Shown here in pieces: positions 15,518 to 23,914 of a DNA stretch of 25,979 nucleotides. The notes below the pieces were generated by a model. That model did no database searches. It was not told the DNA's origin and worked only from the letters and a program-made list of their open reading frames with translations. Source of the stretch: Pyrinomonadaceae bacterium (lineage in GTDB: Bacteria; Acidobacteriota; Blastocatellia; Pyrinomonadales; Pyrinomonadaceae); the NCBI GenBank assembly GCA_035633995.1, contig DASQDV010000194.1:1-25979 (forward strand). The letters run 5' to 3'. A program made the translations under genes and the position numbers. How positions within the stretch are numbered: position 1 is the stretch's first letter; each line of letters begins with the position of its first letter.

Positions 15518-16942
15518 TTAAGAATCTATCCTCTCGGAAAGCCCGCGCGCGATCTCAGCCCACTCGCTGTCGCGTTCGCGCCGCCACTGCTCGTAACGCC
15601 TGCGCGCCAGACGCTCCTGCGCCGCGCGCATCAACGCTTCCTTCTTCATCCGCGCCAGACGCTCACGCTCCTCGCTGCGCTCCTTCAAAAGCACGGCGCC
15701 GACCGACACGAAGATAAAATAGAAGACCAAAAGCTGCGACCGCTGCCGGTACGCCGTCCCCACGTTCCCCTGAAAGATCGAGTACGCCAATGTCAGCATC
15801 GTCGTGAAGATCAAAATCGGCAACGCCTGCCGCATACGGTAGCGCAGCGTGAACCAGATGCCCATCACGAGCAGCGGGAAGGATGCCCACCAGATGAACA
15901 TCTCTGGCAAGGTGATGCTCTGCCGCAGATTAGCCAACTGCCACGGAAATGGCGCGAACAACAGATACACCATGCCGAGCGGGATGGTTTGGAGCGCGCC
16001 CGAAGCGGTTGAAACGTCCACATCGCGCCCGAAGCCGGATTCGGTGGTCGCCAAATCGGCGCGGCTTCGCTGCACGCGTTCGAGGCTGCCGAACTCTTCA
16101 AACTGCTGGGTCGCGCGGCGCAGCACGCCGAAGTAAGTCATCGTCAACCCGATGGCGACGAGGACGACGAACTGCCGCATCAGAGATTGACTCGTGACGC
16201 GCCGCATCCCGATCATGAACGCCCCGCCCGCCGCCGCAATCGCCATGTAAAAGATGTAGAAGCGCAAGCTCAACAACCCGAGCAGCGCGCCGACGAGGAC
16301 GAGAAAAAATTTCGCGCTGAGTTGCTCGCCGAGCTTGAGCGTCGCCAGCATCGCGGCGACCAGACAGAAGATGATCGGCCCGTCTTTTAACCCCTGCGAC
16401 GACCACAGGACGAGTGAGGGGAAGAAGGCCACGAACAGCGCCGTCAAACGCGAAACGCGCGTGTTCTCAAACATGTGCTGCGCGCAGAGGTAAGCCAGCG
16501 GCGCGGTCGCCGCGCCGATCACCCCGTTGACGTACTGCACTGCGAGCAGGTTGCGCCCGATAGCGGCGTAGATGCCGCCGATCAGGTAGGCCATGCCCCA
16601 GCCGACCGACTCGTAACCCTGTAGCGGATTCTTGTAGAACGGGTCGCCCTGCCACGACTTCAACATCCACGTCCCGAGTTGGTCGTAGGCCGTCGCGTCG
16701 CCGCCGAAGAAGTCCTGTAGTTCGAAACCGAAGATGAGCGTGCCGACGAGCATCCTGACGAGCAGCCCGGCGATGAAAATATAGAACAGGAACGCGCGAT
16801 CAATTTCGATGCGACGCACGGCGAAGCCTGCGACGAGCGCGGCGACGAGGCAGACGAGCACCGCCGGCGCGCCGTAGGTCGGCACAAACACGGCGATGAC
16901 CAAACACATCGCCAATGCCATCACGGTAAGAACTGCGTTCAT
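15518..16942 (-). CDS. Polytopic membrane protein, GT-C/PMT-like or Wzy-like (paralog 2)
   Basis: About 11-12 TM segments; FFGGDATAYD, SQGLKDG, QGNVGTAYRQRSQL; strong similarity to 17006-18424. Confidence 0.75.
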   Translation of the reverse strand: MNAVLTVMALAMCLVIAVFVPTYGAPAVLVCLVAALVAGFAVRRIEIDRAFLFYIFIAGLLVRMLVGTLIFGFELQDFFGGDATAYDQLGTWMLKSWQGDPFYKNPLQGYESVGWGMAYLIGGIYAAIGRNLLAVQYVNGVIGAATAPLAYLCAQHMFENTRVSRLTALFVAFFPSLVLWSSQGLKDGPIIFCLVAAMLATLKLGEQLSAKFFLVLVGALLGLLSLRFYIFYMAIAAAGGAFMIGMRRVTSQSLMRQFVVLVAIGLTMTYFGVLRRATQQFEEFGSLERVQRSRADLATTESGFGRDVDVSTASGALQTIPLGMVYLLFAPFPWQLANLRQSITLPEMFIWWASFPLLVMGIWFTLRYRMRQALPILIFTTMLTLAYSIFQGNVGTAYRQRSQLLVFYFIFVSVGAVLLKERSEERERLARMKKEALMRAAQERLARRRYEQWRRERDSEWAEIARGLSERIDS

Positions 16943-17005
16943 AACCCCTGAATCGAAAACCCCGCGCGCCTTCGCCGACGCCGCCGTAGCCCGTTCGAGC
17001 CTTCG

Positions 17006-18424
17006 CTAGATCGGCTCGCGGTTCACGAAAGCCTCCGCCGCCGAAGCCGTGTGCGCTCCCGGCGCTCTGCGCGCGCGTGTGGCGCCCTCCCTGATCGCGC
17101 GGCGCTGCTCCTCCAACGCCATAGACACCTTGCGCTGCCTGTCCTCGCGCCGCTCCTTCAAGATGACGGCTCCAACCGACACGAAGATAAAATAGAAGAC
17201 CAGAAGCTGCGACCGCTGCCGGTACGCCGTCCCCACGTTCCCCTGAAAGATCGAGTATGCCAATGTCAGCATCGTCGTGAAGATCAAAATCGGCAACGCC
17301 GGTCTCATGCGATACTTTAACGTAAACCAGATGCCCATCACGAGCAGCGGGAAGGATGCCCACCAGATGAACATCTCCGGCAGCGTGATGCTCTGCCGCA
17401 AATTAGCCAACTGCCACGGAAACGGCGCGAACAACAAATACACCATGCCGAGCGGAATCGCCTGCAACGCGCCTTCGGTCGTCGAAACGTCAACGTCGCG
17501 CCCGAAGCCCGACTCGTAGCTCGCCAGATCGGAGCGGCTCCGCTGCACGCGTTCCAGATTGGCGTAAGTTTCAAACTGTGCGGTCGCCGTGCGCAGCACG
17601 CCCAGATATGTCATCGAAAGGCCGAGCGCGACGACGATAGCCATCTGCCTGATCACGCTGCCGGGGCCGACGGGCGGGCGAACGCCGATGAGCAGCGCGC
17701 CGCCCGCCGCCGCAATCGCCATGTAAAAGACGTAGAAGCGCAAACTCAGCAACCCGAACAGGGCGAAGACGAGCATCGCAAAAAATTTGACGCTCAAACC
17801 CTCGCTCAACTTGAGCGTCGCCAGCATCGCGGCCACGAGCAAAAAGACGATGGGCCCGTCCTTGAGCACCTGCGACGACCACAGGACGAGCGAGGGGAAG
17901 AAGGCCACGAGCACCGCCGTCAAACGCGAAACGCGCTTGTTCTCAAACATGTGCTGCGCACAAAGGTAAGCCAGCGGCGCGGTCGCCGCGCCGATCACCC
18001 CGTTGACATACTGCACCGCGAGCGAATTGCGCCCGACGAGCGAATAAACGACGGCCACGACATAGCCCAATCCCCACCCGCCGCTTGAGTAGCGCTCCGT
18101 CACGTTCTCGAATTCGGCGTTGCCCTGCCAACCTTCGATGATCCACAAGCCGAGTTGGTCGTAGCCCAGCGAATCGCCGCCGAAGAAGGCTTGCAGACGA
18201 AGCATGTAGATTCCCGTCGCCACGAGCACGCGCACGAACAGCGCGGCGGCGAAGAGTTGCAACATAAACTCTTTGTCGTGCCCTTCGAGAGTCAGGTTGA
18301 AGGCGACGAGCGCAATGCCCGCGCTGCTGATCAGGATGAGCACCGCCGGCGCGCCGACGCCGGGAAACATCATGATGATGCCGATGCAGAAAATAAACGC
18401 TAGGAGAACTAGAAATCCGTTCAT
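17006..18424 (-). CDS. Polytopic membrane protein, GT-C/PMT-like or Wzy-like (paralog 1)
   Basis: About 11-12 TM segments; FFGGDSLGYD, SQVLKDG, QGNVGTAYRQRSQL; tandem duplicate of 15518-16942. Confidence 0.75.
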   Translation of the reverse strand: MNGFLVLLAFIFCIGIIMMFPGVGAPAVLILISSAGIALVAFNLTLEGHDKEFMLQLFAAALFVRVLVATGIYMLRLQAFFGGDSLGYDQLGLWIIEGWQGNAEFENVTERYSSGGWGLGYVVAVVYSLVGRNSLAVQYVNGVIGAATAPLAYLCAQHMFENKRVSRLTAVLVAFFPSLVLWSSQVLKDGPIVFLLVAAMLATLKLSEGLSVKFFAMLVFALFGLLSLRFYVFYMAIAAAGGALLIGVRPPVGPGSVIRQMAIVVALGLSMTYLGVLRTATAQFETYANLERVQRSRSDLASYESGFGRDVDVSTTEGALQAIPLGMVYLLFAPFPWQLANLRQSITLPEMFIWWASFPLLVMGIWFTLKYRMRPALPILIFTTMLTLAYSIFQGNVGTAYRQRSQLLVFYFIFVSVGAVILKERREDRQRKVSMALEEQRRAIREGATRARRAPGAHTASAAEAFVNREPI

Positions 18425-18457
18425 GGCTTTTTACTGTAGCGGGGGCTTCTACAACTT

Positions 18458-18602
18458 AGGGGACAGGGGAGAGGGACAAGGGGAAAGGCGAAAGAGGGAT
18501 AAGATTTGTCGAGCGCGACTTTTATCGAGCGTGGCTTGTATCGAATGTGCCCGGGCGCGCGTGCGTCGCTTCCTTTTCCCTTTAGCCTTTCCCCCTTCCC
18601 CT
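18458..18602. repeat. Inverted repeat with purine-rich AGGGGAA / TTCCCCT heptamer arms
   Basis: AGGGGAC AGGGGAG AGGGACA AGGGGAA AGGCGAA (18458-18492) versus TTTCCCT TTAGCCT TTCCCCC TTCCCCT (18575-18602); 6 nt from the carbamoyltransferase stop. Confidence 0.75.
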
Positions 18603-18608
18603 GACGTT

Positions 18609-20318
18609 TTACTGTTTTCGCAACACCAGATGGTTCTCCAACACGAGCGCGTCGAAGTTCGCGCCCTGAAAAGTTTTGATGGCGTCCGAGGGGCGGCAGA
18701 CGATGGGTTCCTGAATGTTGAAAGAGGTGTTCAGGAGCATCGGGCAGCCGGTCAGTCGCTCAAACTCGTCGATCAAATTCCAGTAGCGCGGGTTCGTCCG
18801 GCGGCTCACGGTCTGCGGCCTGGCCGTGCCGTCTATGTGGACGACCGAGGGGAAGCGCGCGCGCTGCTCCTCTGTGACGTGCAAGACCGTCACCATGAAC
18901 GGATCGTAGTGCGGGCGACCGAAAATCTCCTCGCTCACTTCCTCCTTCATCGAAGGCGCGAGCGGGCGAAACCACTCGCGCAGTTTCACCTTCTTGTTCA
19001 ACAACTCGCGCATGTCGTAGCGGCGCGGGTCGGCGATGAACGAGCGGTTGCCGAGCGCGCGCGGCCCAAACTCCATGCGCCCCTGAAACCAGCCGATGAT
19101 CGCGCCGTCCGCAATCATCTGCGCCACGCGCGGCAGCATCTCCGAATCTTCGAGCGTCTCGAACTTCAAGCCTGCGCTGCTGAGTTCGGCGGCGCACTCT
19201 GCGGACGTGAAGCCGGGGCCGTAGTAGGCATGTTCCATCCTGCGCGTGCGCGGCTGCCGGAGGATCGTGTGGTGCACCATGAGCGCCGCGCCGAGCGAGC
19301 AGCCCGCGTCGCCCGCCGCCGGTTGCACGTAATAGTTTTTAAACGGCGACTCGGTCATGATCCGCCCGTTCATCACGGAGTTGAAGGCGACGCCCCCGGC
19401 CATGCACAAATTTTCTTCGCCCGTCATCTCGTGCAGGCCTTTGATGAGGTGGAGCGCGGTGTCTTCCAGAACCTTCTGCGCGCTGGCGGCGATGTTCCAG
19501 TGGCGCTCGGTCAAATCCTCGTCGGGCTGGCGCGGCGGCCCAAGCGCACGGCTGATCTCGTCGCCGAACTGGTAATGCTTGGCGAGGTGGTGATCGAGCA
19601 CGCGGATGTTGAAATTAAAATCGTAGTTGCCGTTGACGGAGAGCACGCGCTCGCGGAAGAAGTCGTAGTATACGGGTTTGCCGTAAGCCGCGAGGCCCAT
19701 CACCTTCCACTCGTCGCCGCCGAACATGTCGAAGCCGATGAAGTTCGTCACCGCCGAATAGAACTGGCCGAGCGAGTGCGGCAGCTTGATGCGCTTCAAG
19801 ACCTCTATGCGCTGGCCGTCGCTGCGTGAGAAAAGCGTCGTCGTGTCTTCGCCCGTCCCGTCCCAGGTCAGGATGGCGCTCGTGTCGAAGCCGGAGACGA
19901 AGAAGGAACTGGCCGCGTGGCACTGGTGATGTTCGAGGAAGTGGAAACGAAAATCGCTCGGCCCGAAATGTTTGCGTATAAGTTTCGGGTGGCGCAACAT
20001 GCCGAGGTAGCTCTGGCTTACCTGCGCCACGCCGCGATCCGCGCGCGCCTTGAACATATCGCGCGAGATGAGTCCCGACTTCAACGCCTGCAAAGCCTTG
20101 TGGCGCAAAATCCAGGGCTTCCAGTAGAGGCCGATGTGCTCTACGTCCTTGATGCCGATGCCCGCTTCTTCGAGGCAGTACTGCATCGCGTGGTAGGGGA
20201 AGCCGCTGTGATGTTTACGGCGTGAAAAGCGTTCCTCTTCCGCCGCCGCGACAATTTCGCCGTCGCGCAGGAGCGTCGCCGCAGAATCGCCCAGAGTTGT
20301 TAGTCCAAGAATATACAT
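18609..20318 (-). CDS. Carbamoyltransferase (NodU/CmcH family)
   Basis: AAAEEERFSRRKH, EHHQCHAASSF, WDGTGE, SLGQFY, MGLAAYG, GGVAFNSVMNG, GRMEFGPRALGNRS, REWFRPLAPS, LLNTSFN. Confidence 0.92.
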   Translation of the reverse strand: MYILGLTTLGDSAATLLRDGEIVAAAEEERFSRRKHHSGFPYHAMQYCLEEAGIGIKDVEHIGLYWKPWILRHKALQALKSGLISRDMFKARADRGVAQVSQSYLGMLRHPKLIRKHFGPSDFRFHFLEHHQCHAASSFFVSGFDTSAILTWDGTGEDTTTLFSRSDGQRIEVLKRIKLPHSLGQFYSAVTNFIGFDMFGGDEWKVMGLAAYGKPVYYDFFRERVLSVNGNYDFNFNIRVLDHHLAKHYQFGDEISRALGPPRQPDEDLTERHWNIAASAQKVLEDTALHLIKGLHEMTGEENLCMAGGVAFNSVMNGRIMTESPFKNYYVQPAAGDAGCSLGAALMVHHTILRQPRTRRMEHAYYGPGFTSAECAAELSSAGLKFETLEDSEMLPRVAQMIADGAIIGWFQGRMEFGPRALGNRSFIADPRRYDMRELLNKKVKLREWFRPLAPSMKEEVSEEIFGRPHYDPFMVTVLHVTEEQRARFPSVVHIDGTARPQTVSRRTNPRYWNLIDEFERLTGCPMLLNTSFNIQEPIVCRPSDAIKTFQGANFDALVLENHLVLRKQ

Positions 20319-20473
20319 AAGAACGGAAACGCCGCTTGTGTTTGAGCTTGCATGAACGATGCAGGCAGGCCGCGCGAGAAATTCCCTTTGAAATTAAAGT
20401 TAAACCTACCAGACTTAAACCTAAAAGTAAAAAACCGGAGGCCGGCGCGCGCCCCCTCTCTGTCTGCTGCGAC

Positions 20474-21421
20474 TTACGCCTTCGACGCCTCTTCTCCCGT
20501 GCGACGCGCCCACGCGTACATGTAGGGGCTGCGCCCCAAAGCATTCGCCACGCGTTCGACGACGCGCGTGCCGACGCGCTCGACCCCGCCCCACACGCCG
20601 CCGCGACTCGGCACGACGAGGCCGCCCGGATAAACCACCAGATTTTCGATCCGAAAGTCGTTGCGCTCCAGCACGAAGCGCAGCGAGCGCGGGCTGAAAC
20701 CCTGTATGTGATAGAGATTCCACGTCGGGCAGAGATTCACCACCCAATCCAGCCCGCGCGCTTTGTAATAAAGATTCCCCAGACTTTGATAGACGCTCTC
20801 CTCGTTCGGCGTGCTGATGTACACCAGCCCGCCCGGTCGCACCACGCGCCGCAGTTCCCTCACCGTCTCCGCCGGGTCGTACAGGTGCTCGATGACCTCG
20901 ACGAGCGTGACCACATCGAACGAAGCGTCGGGGTAGTTCATCCCTTCGAGCGTCGCCGCCGTCGCGCGCACGCCGTTCACCTCGCGCGCGTAGCGCACGA
21001 AATCTTCCGACAGGTCGCAGCCTTCCGCCTCCCAGCCGCGCGCCTGCGCCGCCGCCACCACCTCGCCGCGCCCGCATCCCACGTCCAGAAAACGCCCGCG
21101 CCGCCCCAGAAGTCTTTCAGCCTCGCGCGCCAGCTTGTCGCCCAACTGCCGCTGGCTCTCGTCCGTCACGCTCATCACGCCTTCAAAGTAGCCGGAGACG
21201 TTTGTATAACGCGTGTCCTCGCCCGACGGGTAGGGCATGGGGTTCGGGAAGATCAAGTTGCAGGTGCGGCATTTGACGATGCGCGTTTTTGCGCCCGCGC
21301 CGTCGCGGTGCGCCTCGCCGCCGCGCGAACCGAGCACGCGAAAATCGCGCCCGCCGCACACCTTGCACGCCTCGTCGCGAAACTCCCACGCCTGCTGCTG
21401 CTGATGACCGTTGCCGCTCAT
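20474..21421 (-). CDS. Class I SAM-dependent methyltransferase with N-terminal CxxC...CxxC motif
   Basis: CKVC...CRTC, FLDVGCGRG, FDVVTLVEVIEHL, YISTPN. ATG at 21421; alternative GTG at 21457. Confidence 0.85.
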   Translation of the reverse strand: MSGNGHQQQQAWEFRDEACKVCGGRDFRVLGSRGGEAHRDGAGAKTRIVKCRTCNLIFPNPMPYPSGEDTRYTNVSGYFEGVMSVTDESQRQLGDKLAREAERLLGRRGRFLDVGCGRGEVVAAAQARGWEAEGCDLSEDFVRYAREVNGVRATAATLEGMNYPDASFDVVTLVEVIEHLYDPAETVRELRRVVRPGGLVYISTPNEESVYQSLGNLYYKARGLDWVVNLCPTWNLYHIQGFSPRSLRFVLERNDFRIENLVVYPGGLVVPSRGGVWGGVERVGTRVVERVANALGRSPYMYAWARRTGEEASKA

Positions 21422-21483
21422 GTCTTCACTCGACCCGCCTCGAAACACGGCGCACACACGCGCCGACGCGCTTCAGCCGCGAC

Positions 21484-23721
21484 CTACGGCGCAACTCCAC
21501 GCTTATCCAGTATGTAACGCTTGTCGGCGAAGATGCGCCGGACGGTGCTGAAAATCGAGCGGCTGATCCAATCGTCTTCCAGACAGAAGCGCGCCACCTC
21601 CGCACGCACGGGACGCCGTTTCCTGAGCGCGGTGCGGCATTGCAGGTAGCCCTGAAAATAACCGGCCAGCCCGTAGAAAAAGTATGCGAACGAGCGAAAG
21701 CGTATGCCGCGCAGCGTCAACCAGAACAGATTGCGCACGAAGACGAGCGGCAGAAAGCGCCACGGCAGATGTTTCAGGTTGAACCACGCGGCGTTGCGGA
21801 AACCGCGCCCGTAGCGTTTCCACGAACGCTGCTGCCGGCTCTCGCGGTGATACGACAGGCAGCGCGGCTCGTAGATGACTTTGTAGCCCGCGTCCCAGAG
21901 GCGTATGGCGAGATCGTCTTCGGTGGCGTAGATGAAAAAGTCGTCGTCGAAATAGCCGCACTCGTCCAGAACATCGCGCCGGATGGCCGCGCCGCACGCC
22001 GCGAAAGAAGTGATCTCGCGCTCGCGCCCCGGCTCGGTCGGAACTAATCGTTCTTCCCACAGGTGCGTCACGAGGCTGTTCAAATGCGGGTTCATCACGC
22101 GAAACGACATGACGCCCACGTCTTTATTCGCCTCGTCTTCCCACAGCTTCACCATCGTCTCGATTGATTCGGGCGCAAGGTGCGAGTCGTCGTCGAGCAT
22201 GGCGACGTACTTGCCGCGCGCCGTCGCAAAGCCGACGTTGTAGCCCGTCATGCCGGTGTTTTCGTGCAGGCGCACGACCGTCACTTCGGGAAACTTCTCG
22301 TAGATCATCTGCGCCGTCCCGTCCTTCGAGCCGTTGTCCACGACGATCAACTCGATGTTCGGGTAAGTCAGCTTGCGTAGTTCCTGCAAACCGATCTCGA
22401 CCTCGCCCTTGCGATTCCACGCGAGCATGACGATGCTCACGAGCGGCTGCGCCTCGCCCGCGCGCGCGAGCGCGGCGGCTTCGGGGCGGACGATGCCGAG
22501 GATGGTCTGCACGAGCACGGGCGCGCGGTGGCGACCCGGACGCGTGCGGTCTTCCAGATCGCGCACGGCGAGTTTGACGTTCGTGCCGCGCAGCGCCTCT
22601 TCGTCGAACGTGAAATAGCCTTCGACGCCCTGATGCTGCGGCACGTTGGCGATCAGGTAATGGTACGCGCCCTCGCCGACGTGTTCGTTGATCTTCTGCG
22701 CGAGTTCCCTGCCCGTCGCGCCGCGCGTGTCCGCCTCTTCGACGATGTTGACGACCATGATCTTCGTCGCCGTGCTTCGCCGGATCGCATCGCTGATGCC
22801 GTCAATCATCAGCGTCGGCAAAAGCGAAGAGTGGAACGTGCCCGGCCCGTAGATGATCACGTCGGCGCGCTCCAAAGCTTCGAGCGCGCCCGGGCTTGCT
22901 GCGGTCGGCGCGTGGACTTCACGACGAATGCGCTCGCGCGCCGCCTCCAAGCCCGACTCCGCGACCCACTTGTCCAGGCCGAGCGGCGCGACGCGCTCTT
23001 TGGCGAGAAAGAGTTCGAGGATGTCGCCGTCGGCGTCCGTGATGACGGCGCATTCGCTTGGGAGCACGCGCCCGTCCGTGCAGACCGCGAACAGGTGCCG
23101 GTTCTCTTCCGAAGCGATCTCGATGCGCCCGCGCACCTGCAAAACTTCTTCGAGCGCGCGCAGAGCCTGCGTCCAACTGCGCCCGTGCTCAAGATACGCG
23201 CCGAGCAGAATGCAGTTGCCGAGCGCGCAATCGGCGAAGGAAAACTCCGCGCCCTCCGTGCTTTCGCGCCTGACGAGTTCCGCTAAAAAGAGGCGCAGGT
23301 AATCTACGAACCGCTCGCGCGCGTCGGCGGGCATGCGCGCCACCATCTTCAACAGTTCGCGCCGCTCCCCGCGTGCCAGTGCCTCGCCGCCCGTCGCGCA
23401 GAGGTCTTCGATCTCGCGCCGGAAGTCTGCGGCGCGCTCTGCCTCCGCCGGGTAACGGTACGCGAAGACTTCGTAGCGCGACCAGTAGCCGGGCGCGTCG
23501 AGGTTCATCAGCGAGAGCAGATTTTTGCGCAGGTCGGAGGGGCCGAGTTCGTCGAAGACGTAGCGCAGGCGTCCGGTGCTCAAACCGTCGTCGTAGGCGT
23601 TGACGAGACAGGTGACGCGCGCGCCCTGATCGAGCAGTTGATTGGCGAGCGTGCCGCTGCCGCGCCCGCCGCACAATATGACGACGTGAAAGCCGCTGGC
23701 CGATTGAAGCAATTCTTTCAT
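21484..23721 (-). CDS. Fusion of a YvcK/CofD-like (UPF0052) N-terminal domain and a GT2 glycosyltransferase
   Basis: N-terminal part: VILCGGRGS, VNAYDDGLSTGRLR, GPSDLRKNL, LGNCILLG, ADVIIYGPGTFHSSLLPTL, GRH. C-terminal part: LVSIVMLAWNR, IVVDNGSKDGT, MLDDD, FDDDFFIYATEDDLAIRL. Confidence 0.85.
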   Translation of the reverse strand: MKELLQSASGFHVVILCGGRGSGTLANQLLDQGARVTCLVNAYDDGLSTGRLRYVFDELGPSDLRKNLLSLMNLDAPGYWSRYEVFAYRYPAEAERAADFRREIEDLCATGGEALARGERRELLKMVARMPADARERFVDYLRLFLAELVRRESTEGAEFSFADCALGNCILLGAYLEHGRSWTQALRALEEVLQVRGRIEIASEENRHLFAVCTDGRVLPSECAVITDADGDILELFLAKERVAPLGLDKWVAESGLEAARERIRREVHAPTAASPGALEALERADVIIYGPGTFHSSLLPTLMIDGISDAIRRSTATKIMVVNIVEEADTRGATGRELAQKINEHVGEGAYHYLIANVPQHQGVEGYFTFDEEALRGTNVKLAVRDLEDRTRPGRHRAPVLVQTILGIVRPEAAALARAGEAQPLVSIVMLAWNRKGEVEIGLQELRKLTYPNIELIVVDNGSKDGTAQMIYEKFPEVTVVRLHENTGMTGYNVGFATARGKYVAMLDDDSHLAPESIETMVKLWEDEANKDVGVMSFRVMNPHLNSLVTHLWEERLVPTEPGREREITSFAACGAAIRRDVLDECGYFDDDFFIYATEDDLAIRLWDAGYKVIYEPRCLSYHRESRQQRSWKRYGRGFRNAAWFNLKHLPWRFLPLVFVRNLFWLTLRGIRFRSFAYFFYGLAGYFQGYLQCRTALRKRRPVRAEVARFCLEDDWISRSIFSTVRRIFADKRYILDKRGVAP

Positions 23722-23766
23722 CTTAAACTACGAGGTGATCCTTGAACCTGCGAACAGGCACTCAAG

Positions 23767-23858
23767 CTTTCCGCGCCTTAAAGTTTTCCTCACTTCGCGC
23801 CTTTGTGTGGAAAACCGTTTTACGCAAAGGCGCAAAGTTAAAACGTAAGGCGCGAAGT
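23767..23858. repeat. Inverted repeat built from four AAGGCGCRAAG-type units (two reverse, two forward)
   Basis: CTTTCCGCGCCTTA and ACTTCGCGCCTTTGTGT on the left; ACGCAAAGGCGCAAAGT and ACGTAAGGCGCGAAGT on the right; symmetry centre near 23816. Confidence 0.75.
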
Positions 23859-23914
23859 AGTTCTGAATCCCACTCAAAAATATCCTTCTTCAGGAAAGCG
23901 TCAATAATGCACAA

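Noticed and set aside
20390-20437. A-rich stretch with TTAAACC twice in the carbamoyltransferase-methyltransferase gap, a possible seventh element
   Set aside because: Periodicity is irregular and I find no convincing complementary arm; at best a decayed copy.
7667-23858. Interpreting the intergenic repeats as CRISPR arrays or IS ends
   Set aside because: No repeat-spacer periodicity, no cas or transposase gene in the window and no target-site duplications.
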